From the NCBI GenBank assembly GCA_000934665.2, contig KZ538290.1:62001-86299 (forward strand): a stretch of DNA of 24,299 bases, given 5' to 3'. Every line of letters begins with the position of its first letter. Position 1 is the stretch's first letter. This stretch comes from Catajapyx aquilonaris (taxonomy: Eukaryota). The translations under genes were made by a program, and so were the position numbers. Positions 1 to 11,553 of the stretch are shown in pieces. The notes beneath the pieces are model-generated. The model was not told the origin of the DNA and did not search any database. It saw only the letters and a list, made by a program, of their open reading frames with translations.

Positions 1-258
1 TCAATTCTAGCTGTATATGAAAGTGATGGAACGTTATGCGTGGCTCTTATCGCAGTTGGAGTGAGTAATCCATCACCACCATTTTACCCGAGAATTCGAA
101 CCGCATGGATATTCTCGACATATTAACCATGCACCTGTCTCACAATTACGTACTTGGTAATGTACACAAAAAAATGGCATATTTTGTAGATGTAGGCCAA
201 AATCAAGTGTTGACAAAAAGAAGAAAAAAAAAAGAGAGAGAAGGAATTGGTCCCATAC

Positions 259-358
259 CCTCTTCGTCGCCGCATCGATCCTGTAGCACCGTAGCGCTAC
301 CTGATGAAACTTTCATGATCTTCCGGCTATGTTGCCGCGCTGACATCATGCCATGCAT
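259..358 (-). CDS. Possible first coding exon of a neighbouring gene (MHGMMSARQHSRKIMKVSSGSATVLQDRCGDEE), product unknown
   Basis: ATG-led open frame ending at a GAGG|gtatgg donor-like site in a CpG-rich stretch; no recognisable homology. Confidence 0.2.
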
Positions 359-1458
359 CTTACATAAGCAATGCAACTATCTTTTCCGGAAGCTTGCTCT
401 CGAGTTGGCCAATCGCTCTGATGTACGGTGTGCCAAATCTCAGAAGGCAGAAAACCAAGTTTGAAAATGCGAAGGAAGGAGGAAAATAGGGGGGTTTAAA
501 AAAAAAGAAGTTTCGAATTGGTCAAAAAACTTGGATGGAAAAGTTCGGAGGCAGCGTTCTTTTGTTCGCCTTTTTTTTTTTTTTAATCTTCTTGCTGACA
601 TCCTAATCTGATCCAGCAGGTCAGCGATCCGCTCGTGCGGACAAGAGAATCCGTGTAAATGCCTCCGGTTCGATAGCACGCCTCTGGATTTCCGGAGGAT
701 TGGGTTGGAAGGGAGGATTGGGAAGGAGAAGATGGTGAAGACGATGTGAACATCACTCTTTGAGAATTATTGAGCCTATTCTGACAAGTCACTTTTTGGA
801 GGAACAATCGCAACTAAAGTTGAAGACAATTTATTTAAACTTTATCCTTTTCTTATCATTTTCGTATTTTTTTAAAAAAAAGTTTACTGACAGAACGTAT
901 GGCGTGGTCAGATTATCCGTAAGTATTTTTAACATATTGGAAACCTATTTTTGGATGGGCCTCGGCGAATGGGACACGCTATATGTATGGTCAATCCAAC
1001 AAGTGAGATGGGATAATATTGTGCCAGGTTGTAAAAACCAATCGATGCAAAGGTCAAAGAACTGGTGTCATTAGGCCATGCACGCGAGCAGTCCGAAACA
1101 TCATTGTTACCATGACTAAAAGTATCCGTCCGTCTGTCTAGTAAGTCAAAAGTATACTAATGGTTCAGAGAGCATGTCACAAGGGTAAATACTGCATGTA
1201 TTTTTTTTTTTGTAAAGGGGTAAGGTAGAGCATTGATCTATACATAATTGCATAAGTACGGTCAAAGACAGTAAGGTTCAATGGACTTTCACTAAATACT
1301 GCTACATTAAAATCTTGAAGTGCATTTACTCGCACCAGTCTACTGTCAGCGTTTGCCAGCTCTGATTTGCTACATTTTACACCCTATTTTTGTATTCTCA
1401 GTGTATGCTATTTTATAGCTGCTTACAGATTAACATTTAGATTTACACAAAAAAAAAA

Positions 1459-1547
1459 CTGGCAGGCTATAAATATTTGCTTTCTGAAAAGCAAATATTT
1501 ATAACCCACCAGGTCTTTGACATCTTCGACATCTTTGACATTTCGAC
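1459..1547. repeat. Palindrome (perfect 16-bp stem, 4-nt loop) followed by about four copies of a 9-bp unit TCTTYGACA
   Basis: TATAAATATTTGCTTT-CTGA-AAAGCAAATATTTATA at 1468-1503; tandem units at 1514-1547. Confidence 0.8.
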
Positions 1548-4500
1548 TGTGCCCTACAAACCTAAAAAAAACTACTATAGGCTATACGTATCAAACACTA
1601 TAATATTCACGTTGAATAAGGAAACACTGGCCCAATGAACAGAAGTTTCATCCTGGTTTGTATGCAACAGCACCCTTGTACAACGAATAGCATAACACGC
1701 AGGATTACTTTGTCATGCAGTTTTGGCACATAAATGTGAGATGTCCAAATACGAGTAGCTGAACTATTTAAAATTTGATTAAAACATGTGACATTACGTA
1801 CATTGCGCTTGAGAAGATACTGCTCGATAGTTAAGCCTACTTTAATATAATTTAGTTGTAGTCGAGAGCGGAACTGTATATGAACACTGCAGATGCATAT
1901 TATCTGATATTATGTGTTCTTACAGAAACTCATACACAACGTTCAAGACCTTTGACCTTGCAAAACTGAATGCACATTACTGTGTAAAATCATAACGCAT
2001 TCAGCTGTAATACAACGCAAAATTTGCTTTTACTTTGAATTTATTTGAAAGTTTTGCTCATACCTGGCTCATACTGTATAGATCCCGGTTGTCCTAGAGG
2101 GCATAGAACAGCAGTGTTACAGCGTGTCGTCAATAATATGTCACCATAATTACGGATTCATGAGTCAAGACTAGTATAATACTGTATACTGTGCGGTAGA
2201 CCATGCATTCATGTGCCATGGGGCATTTTAGACAGAATAATTATGCGTCCAGCCAAGGGTGGATAGATCAAATTTTAATACGGTATACTTGGAATTTTTG
2301 CAAGTTCCTGTTCCGGGTACTTATTTCATAATTTACGGTAATGACGGATTCCAAACATGTTCTCCTCTCGGAGTGCCTATATCAAAAATAACATTTGTGT
2401 TCATTCAGTAGTAATTGATCGTCGTTCATATGAATATCTGCAAGAACATCTCAAAATGGGAAAAAGGGCTCATGACGTCAGCAGAACGACTAACGATTCT
2501 AGCTTGGACAATGGAGGAACTTACCCATGAAGTACTTTGTTTCCTTCTAACATTTCACATACCTTACCGTATATGGTAGTTACCATACGGATAAGTTACC
2601 TCCGGTGTCCAAAAAGGAGCCTAATTAGGCTAAACGGATAATATGACAAGATAATAGACACCAACCATCTCATTATTGATGACTTGTTTTCTTATCTAAG
2701 TAACGCACTAAAACATCCAGCCCTATGCAAATGATAACTGACACTCATACTTGCCTTGTCCATCTTCATTAGATTCTGATGCACTGGAAAAGCAATCACA
2801 GGCGCCACCGGTGAAGAAACAATTTGTCTGTGTAATGATTATGTGCAATGGTCAATTACCTGTAGATTGGCTATTTTAATGCCCGCTTCAACCGTAAACC
2901 TGATCGATAATGTAATACCGCATTTCAAGTAAGGACTTGAAAGTATTGCTTGGACTACATAGGTACGTGTAATAAAGTCGTGTCTAATAACAAACAAGAA
3001 ATGCAAATCTGAATTGCATGAAAGACCTCCAGTTAATTTTTCTACAACTGAGACTGAGTCTTTATAGAGGTCGACCCTGACGGGTAATGAATGTGCGATG
3101 CAAGTCTCAGTTATATTGGAATCGACAGCAGGTCAACAAGATTAAAAGGTAGAGGCGTGAAATTTCGTAACAGCGATGGCATGTCTCATTGGAACAGAAG
3201 TACTCTAAAAGCATACATGGTAGAGAGAAAAGTTAATTGTTGCAGGGGTGACAGTAACCATTCTGTACACTGATGACGTCTGTATAGTATTTTTGGTTTA
3301 TAACTCATCACTTGGAGTAATCACAGTGATGTCTACAACATTTTGTGCCTGTACCTTTTCGTTGTGTTTTGGGTACTTACATCCTTTCCAGGTAACCGTA
3401 AAGGTCATTATGCACATAGTCTCTCTTGGCACTGTCATTTTGTCATAACTTTTTTGACCTGTGTGGTTAATAACCCGAACGTACCGCTTGCAATCCTGCC
3501 TTTTTAACTTGTTTTGCTGTGAGGAACTGATTGGTCATCATTACATTTTGTCACAATCACTGAAAACTGAACTCACTTACAGACACTAACATGGTCAAAT
3601 GCGAACTGCGATGGTTTCGCAATGCAATAGCTTTGGGGTATTTTCAATGCAGTGTGATCAATCACCTCCTTTGCACTTGGGGGGCCATGGAACCCATCTG
3701 AGATATTCCACTGTTGATGACTCTCCAATGTTACACACACAGAACCCCCTTATCCCAATGCATGGAAGAAGTGGTAGCAAATTTCTAATTTCATAATCAC
3801 ATCAATGATAGTTCCTGTAACTTTTTCTAGCAAACACTGTAACAAAAACTTAAATGCAGTGGCTTGAACTGTCGACATCAGCACCATGTCAAGTTGATGT
3901 TCAACCTGTGGCCTGTACAGTACCAACACCTACATTTCAAACTGTGGTTGTGGTGTGGGAAATTCCACGATGGTGTAGAGAGGTCACTCATGAAATTCGT
4001 TCAAAAACTGTGCTTTTATTGCAACAAATACAAAATTACTACACAACAGAAAAAAATATTAACTAACGGGTCTGACACAACACGTATCTTCCTTTAACAG
4101 AATCAAAGTCAGAACACAAGTTGACAGTTTAGCTGCAAATATGTATTCAACACAACCAGAAATACTGAAATTTTTGCAATGCAACACTGGCATTCCAAAT
4201 TACACTCGACTGGAATCTCAGTGCATCACCATACTTCCCAAGAAATGAGCCAAAATTAGCTGAAGTATTAGCACCAGTATTCCAGTTGAGCCCAAGATTC
4301 AGACAACCTCTATGGTACAACTCATGATCTGAACATTTTCCAGTGTATATAAAAAGAAATGACAAACATTATTTGGCATTAACGCATCACACAAACTAAA
4401 AGATTCTTTGATTCTTGTTTGACTGCATTTATGATAGATAATATGCAACTTGGATTTATTTCTGCATGTAATATATATCTTTCTGATGTGATATCTTGTC

Positions 4501-7500
4501 TGTAGAAGATATTATGACTTATGCTTAGTATATAATATTATGTGGGACAGTAAGTTGACTAGGGAGTAGGGACATAAAGAAGATATATGCACTCAAAAAT
4601 AAAATCTCCGCTTCTGAAGTGCACCATGATGGAATCGAAACAGGGAAGACATTTTCATCAGATATTTTTCTAAATGTGCATTGTGACTAGAATGCACTGG
4701 GCTGCATAATTACTGAGACAAACTTTGTTTTTTAAAAGCATTTTCCACACCAACAGGTTAGATTCCACATTATTGTCCACTGCTGCAAAAATATCTTCTT
4801 TTATTTTTGGCCACAGTAAACGTATTCTTTTTGTTGTTACTGCCTACCTGAGAAGTCTCACGTGAGCCCAAAGTATATATATTTTTTCCTATGTACATGC
4901 AGTTTTAATTATAACGTTATAATCTGGAAATAATTACAGTGAGCTTTCAGGTCCACCTAGTGGACTTGTGACGCTTCAATTTGTGGTTAGTACTGCATTA
5001 CTTAATATCACAGCTTGCAAAGCATAACGTAACTGAATCAGCAATTAATTCTTTATAGCAGTAAGTCCCACTTGTAACAAACTTTAGACCAAATTTTATG
5101 TTTATAATAAAGTTACACACATCTTTTGGGCTTGCAGTCATAAGGAAATGTTACTAGCAGAACCTACTCCACTAGTGCTAAAATCAAAGCCCAAAAGTAA
5201 TGTTAGGTAAGAGAGATGTAAAAGCAGACAAGCAGAAATTATGTACTGGTTCAGATATACTATTGTCCTACCCACAGAAAAAGCCTTAATGAATATTGCC
5301 AAAAGGGTCAAACATCACTTCTCAGATTTGACCATTACGTCCACAATGTCAGTTAAGACTTTCTCACATAGGACAACGGTATATATACTGTACACACATA
5401 TATTTTAATATATATTTGAAAATCCATATGGTAAGCTCAAAAATTATATATATCCTATTGCACTTCTGTCGCGATTCAACCCTGTTTCTCTATATATAAG
5501 ATATAAGCAAAGGACAAATCTGCATCTGGAAGACTACAGAGTGGGTCCAAATAGATTTGGTTTAGACACAAGTACTATGGATGGCAGAAACTAGATTCCT
5601 TTTTTTTTTTGGAAAATATTTCTCTAATGAGTACACTATGACAGGAAATAATAAGCCTCAACTGTACACTAAAAATACGCATCTTCTCTACTATACACAG
5701 ACCTGTCATCTATTAGAGTTTCTGGTAATCCTCTCACAAAATACAATATGTACACTATCAAAGTAGGCCACAAAATTTTTAAGGTCGAGAACATCAAATC
5801 TCACTATTTAAACTGGCTCGTAAACCATCAATTTAAAAACGTCTTTATATCATGCCTTGATCTGGGGGGGGGGGGATTATAAGTATTTCTGTCTCATACT
5901 TTAGATGATGTCAGTTTTTAAATTTGTATAGTTTTTTAAGTGGTAGCTCACCTAACCCCAAGTCAAATCTTCACCTAACAATAAATTTTAAAAACACCTC
6001 CCTCATGTAATGTGGGCACTGATTTCCTGGCACACACCACATAATAAGTCATGCAATGCAAACACATTTTAACAGAGGGAAGACACCACTTCAACTCTAG
6101 CCCGGCTTCTCCTCCAACTCCTGCCTAGTCACATAATAGCTTGTCCATGGCATGAAGCGAATAAAAACTAATTGCCTACTGTTTGATAGGTGTTACACTA
6201 AAATTATATTCAACCGAATTCATAGCACCTCAAAAATCTCATGTACATTTACATATAACGTTTATTCACAGAAGATTTTTTGTTGCTTTTAGTAGCACTT
6301 GAACCAAAGCTACTTTCATAACAGTGCACAACACTCCAGTAGTTTTACATCTTAAGTAGAAAAAGTAACAATTCTTATATTTAATAATCGCATCTTAGGA
6401 CAGATGGTACCAAAGCTTGTTAAGGAAGCTTTTGATATAACCCATCCGTAAGGTTCAAACTAATGATGATGCCTTTGCATGTAACGCCTGATGGCTACAT
6501 AACCTTTTGCTGTATTAACTCACTTGTTGTAGCATGCTAGTATAAAATGAGATTGACCAGTGGGCTGGTATACATCAGAGGAGCAAAGTGGCTGGTACGA
6601 AGTAGGGCAATTTTAGAGATTTTCTCCTTCCCTTGCAAATTACTATAGTATAAAATTCAATTTTAACTGCAATTGAATGCCTCTTGGGGAGAGGCAAAAC
6701 TAATCGTAAGTTAGAAGTGAAGTATAAAGGTAAATTCAGGCTTACTAATAAATCTAGATTCCACTTGACACATTCTTCACATATGTAGACAAAAACTGTC
6801 TTACACTGGCATGCCAGTACCGACACCAGGCCCACAAATTCTAAAATCTTGTCACCCCTGAATTTATTGGCATGCCACAATTCGCATGGTAGTACAGAGA
6901 AAGGTTATGCATGTCTTTTTATTTAGTGGGCTAATGCCTGCTTAAAATGTAGCACAATTCCTGAAATTGACAGCAGGGATATTTTTCTAATGATTACCAG
7001 TTGGTTGTACAGGAAATCTCACATTTCATCTGCAGGTTATTTTTTCCTAGTCCAGGTCACGTAACAACAAACCCATGGCATACAAATTTCTCATGGCAAA
7101 AGAAACCTATGCATAAAAGTAAACCTACAGACTCCAAGCTACATTATATGAGGGAGAGGTGTTCAAGAAGGAAATGACACCTTTTTGTTGCCTGACAAAT
7201 TCTTCACCCTACTAATAATTCTCAAATAACGATTCCCCTTTTTCAAGTCAATATAAGCCAAGTAATGTGTCCTCATATGAAAGTGAGTTCAGATAATGAG
7301 AGTATTATAATAACTGTGACAGGACAACACTGAATTAGAACAGATGTGGCATGGCAATAAACATGTGAAGTGGGCCTCTTTCAGTAGTGGCATAGTGTTC
7401 ACACATGGAATCAGATTCAGTTCATGCCTTGAATTATAAGGTGTTCTCTCACAGCCTGCCACTGTGCCCCAGAAACTTATCAAAAACAAAAACAAAATGT

Positions 7501-8053
7501 CAAGTGCAAATTGTACTCCTTATGACATTATGATATAAATTATCATTTTCCCTTTCATCTCAGAATAAGCATTGTTATTTGAGTAGTATTGTGTACCTGC
7601 TGAGGGGCTTAGCCTCTTCTCCTATAAGTATTCACCTGATTATAATGCTCAAGATGTTCCATAATCATTTTCCATGAAGAAGCACTGGACTCTACTCGTG
7701 ATTATGCTTGATTACATGAAAAGAGGGACACAGCATTACCTGAGTGTCTAATCCCTTGGTATCTGCTATTCATTTTGATTTTTTTTCATGTAATTAAAAG
7801 AAACAACATTCCAATGAAGTCCCTCACACCCATTTCTGAATACCATCTCAAGGTAGGAAAACGAAACATAAATGCTTCTTTTGCCTCTCTAATGCAACCA
7901 ATGCCATTTAATCAATGATGTCATTCAACCACTAGCAGGAGACCCACATGTTTTTGCCAAGCTGATTTTCTGCAAATTGTGCTGTCCTGCCCAAACAAAA
8001 TAATGAAACAAAACAAGTGGCAGCAGGCCACATTAACTCTCCCCCCATCCCCC

Positions 8054-9113
8054 CTAGATCTTCCCACCAGAAGATATCTTACTGACAGGCGCTGATGGCA
8101 AACTCAACCTCCCATCCTTCCCCCTTCTGGCCACCCCCATTGCCATACCCATGTTCCTCCCTGCTCCTCCCAATGGTGGGCTGGACGGCCTGCTGTTTCC
8201 TGGAGATGAGTGGCAACTTCTGCTTCCAGCACCCCCACCACCTCTTGGTACAGAGCGAGGTAAGCGTGAAAACTTGGATGTGCCAGAAGTAGGAGATTGA
8301 AGCCAGAGTCGCAACCTTGGTTCATCTCCATCTCGGGTGGGACTTCCACCTCGGCTTTGGATTGGGCTTGAGTTGCAACTGACAGCAGCTCGTCTACGAC
8401 CAGATGCTGGGCCTATCCGCTGAAGACGAGCCAGGCTTATATCACCAAACCCTGGAGGCGATCCAGATCGTGACCCTGGTGTTGAGTGGCAACTAGTTGC
8501 ACGGGAGTTGCGAACACTGCGAGGAATTCCAGAGCGACGTGCATCTCCTAGATCCATGCTGACACTTGATGTGAGCCGTTGAGGACGTGACAGTTCCCAG
8601 TCACCACTTAGCCGAGCTGGGAAGCGCAACCGGCTCCGTAGCTGGTTGGAATTGTCACGCAATGTAACCTCCTTGTCATGTATGGAGGCATGTTGCATCG
8701 CATCATGCAGGTATGACACGGGACGACATGCTGGCGGTGGCTGTTGGATCCGCGTGGCACACATCCTCACTCCAGCATCAACGTAGAACTCATCTGCACT
8801 CGGATCCAATGCATGGTGGTGATGGTGGCTGTAACCAGATGTGCATGAGTGCTGGCCACGAGTGGCTGCTGCCAGGAGCTTCATCCGTTGGTAGTGGACA
8901 AGCCCATCTGAAGCACCACCAGACTCCACCGAGGCCCTTTGTGGCCAGGTTGACCAGGGTAGAGAGGTGGGTGGAGTAGCAAGATTCTGGATAACAGGCT
9001 GGGAAGGGTCAACTAGGAGATCCATAGGGAGGTACCTCGGTGATGGCCAAGACCAGTGGGGATCAATGCCACCCGTGGAGACCAGTGTGGCACAAGACAG
9101 TGGATTAACAGGC
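8054..9113 (-). CDS. PPP4R4: Probable terminal coding exon of the PPP4R4-like gene: long S/R/P/G-rich disordered tail
   Basis: 363-codon GC-rich ORF (8054..9145) on the same strand directly downstream. An in-frame phase-2 acceptor (aaag|G, start 9113) is the first AG after an ACTAAC branch-like motif and a pyrimidine-rich tract. The 5' boundary is uncertain (8936 is also in frame). Stop TAG at 8054-8056. Confidence 0.65.
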
Positions 9114-9342
9114 CTTTTTTGGTGGTGGGAGATGGTACAGGACATCCAAGCAGCAAGTGAGGGGAGGGTAATGTTAGTTTAGTGTGGGGTTGGGGGACCC
9201 TCTTGGAATATTGTCACTGTCAGAGAGAGATGCAGGGCCTCTTCACCAGTATTAATATTAAATAACTAATAAAAAATCCTGCTTCTACTGTGCTTACAAA
9301 AGTCAAATGCAAGACGTCACCATTGTGGAAGTTATCTCCCTA

Positions 9343-10074
9343 CATTGAGTTATTCAAAATGATTCATCCGATTTCAAATCAGCATAATTCCATGCCTATC
9401 AACCATGCATTAACCAGGCATAAAAAAAATTAAAGAGGACATCTAAGAGATTTAGAAGGTCATTGTGAGATAGCTCCATGTCACTGTGAATCCGTGACAA
9501 ACAGTCTGTGAGAAAGTGTCAACCACAGAGTAAGGGTGTGAACAGTTAATCACAGAGCAGCTTGAGTTTCGTCAAAGTGACGGAATTGACCCACTGGGTG
9601 TTCAGAGCATCCTTCAGTGGTTTCGGAAGTTTGAGAAAACAGGATGTTTGTGTCAAGGCAAGAGCCCAGGATCACTAGTTAAAGTGACAGAACTTTTGTT
9701 GACTCCTGCAGAAGGCTATGAAGAGACATTGTGGTCATCCTGTGCTCTTGCCTTTACAAAAACATCCTGTTTCTTTGAACTTCTGATACCACCAATGGAT
9801 GCTCTGACCACCTGGTGAATAAATTCCGTCACTCTAATGAAATTCATGCTGCAATGACTACCAATTCACACCTCTACTCTATGGTCAACAATCTCTTGCA
9901 GACAGTCTGCCATGAAGGCACAGTGACAGTGGAGTCATATCACAATGACCTTCTAAAATTTGGAGATGTCCTCTTTCATTTGTTGCATGCCTGGTTAATA
10001 GGCCTACAAAGTTGATAGGTATGGAATATTATTATGCTCATATGAAATCAGATGAATCATTTTGAATAACCCTG
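9343..10074. mobile_element. Tc1/mariner-derived foldback element: two inverted copies of a transposon 5' end
   Basis: Diverged arms of about 335 bp (9343-9675 vs 9731-10074); right terminus reads CAGGGTTATTCAAAATGATTCATC; TA at left. The left arm encodes EFRQSDGIDPLGVQSILQWFRKFEKTGCLCQGKSPG (9564-9671), resembling the N-terminal helix-turn-helix region of Tc1/mariner-type (DUF4817-like) transposases. Confidence 0.8.
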
Positions 10075-10669
10075 TGTATTTCATCTGGCAAATTGAGAGA
10101 AAAATAACTAATCACTCCTTCAGTCTTTATTTTATTGTCCAAAGGACCCACATGTATTGTCATCTTAGAGTAAAACCATTTCTACCTGATTTCTACACAA
10201 AGATGACGTAATGAAGATGATAAATTTATTAATAAGTGTATGATTTTAAACTTTGAGAGTGCAAAATGTTACCATTTGTTATTACAGTCACTCTTCACAC
10301 TCTACTACCGGTATCAGGATGGTTCATTTCCATTTGTACCAAAAGCTACCTCTCTGCAATGCCTCTCCCCCTGCCATACAGAGTGATTCACAGTGAATTA
10401 AACCTGACTAACCAATTGGCAGCACCACCAAAATCCTAAAACATATGCCCACCACAGGCATTGTCAATTATTATGATTTCATCCCCTTTAGCAATTTCAA
10501 ATTGATTAATTATCAGTTACTTGAAAGATTCTTCAACAGGCAACATTGCCAATACTAAATAGCATTTCCCATGCCCTAAATTTCTCACCCTTCAGTAAGA
10601 AACAGGTCTTTCTGACAGTAACAAGATTATTAATAAAAAATAGAATGAAAAAAAATGATATTCACTAAC

Positions 10670-10819
10670 CTTGAATACTCAGCAACCTTTCCTGCCTGCA
10701 GGCGGGAATTGAGGGTGCGCAAGGTACCAAGAGGGTCACAATTGGATGAATCAAGAGTGTGCTGCAGATTTGCTGTTAACCCAGTAGATTTTGCAATTCC
10801 CACTCCGCCAACAACACTC
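10670..10819 (-). CDS. PPP4R4: PPP4R4-like internal exon (SVVGGVGIAKSTG...QAGKVAEYS)
   Basis: Acceptor tttttttgcag|G, donor AG|gttagt; 150 nt, phase 2 to 2, open frame consistent with both neighbours. Confidence 0.75.
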
Positions 10820-11553
10820 CTGCAAAAAAATATATGTATATCATGATTAGCTGGTGACACATTTGAACTCACTGTTCGACATATTTCTTATTTGTAATTG
10901 GCCCTTGCCCCATGTGAAAGGAAAGAAAGGAGATAATCACAATTCTATACCTACTATCATATCTTGGGAGTTTCAGGATGGGTGAGCCAGAAAAGGGAAC
11001 GGACTTTGCAGGACTGGGTTTCAATCAGAGAGGGTCTGACATGAAACATTTTCCATCTCCTAATGGCTAATGTGATGACCTCACACTTGGAAAGCTTAAA
11101 ACTCAATGCAATTGTTTAACACAATAAGATGCAAGTCAGGATTTTATCCCAACACTGAGTTTCTCTAATTTGGAGCAAGTGGTCTGTTTGGCCAGTTCAT
11201 TAACTGAATTCACTGACTAGTTGGATCTCTTATAGTTTTCCTTCTAACAATGACTTTGAACACTGTTATTGAGTGACACTGGCCTTCTCAGAAATGAGTG
11301 ACAGTCAATGAAGCCTTCAAAAAGTAGTGAATAGAGCAGTAAGTCACTTGTCCAAAAATGTGTTTTCACTAAGGTTTTCAAATCATCAAGAATGGTGCTG
11401 CAGTTGCCAGCAATAAATATTCAACAATACCATTAACCCTTTCAGCCCCACTGCCAGCCACCTAGAATCTAGGCGATGAGAACTCGACCACGCAGTACCA
11501 GCTATACCCGCCTTCGCCTAGTTTTCTGCTTACGTGTGCGCTGAAGATACGAA

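Noticed and set aside
3091..7495. Short ORFs of 60-101 aa
   Set aside because: AT-rich, no recognisable domains or consistent splice chain; likely 3' UTR or intergenic.
9174..9181. Stop-codon readthrough linking the 9216 acceptor to the long ORF
   Set aside because: The short-isoform frame differs from the long-ORF frame, so readthrough would not join them.
8095..9182. Plus-strand and alternate-frame ORFs over the terminal exon (similar antisense ORFs overlap other exons)
   Set aside because: They are shadows of GC-rich coding sequence with no recognisable protein.
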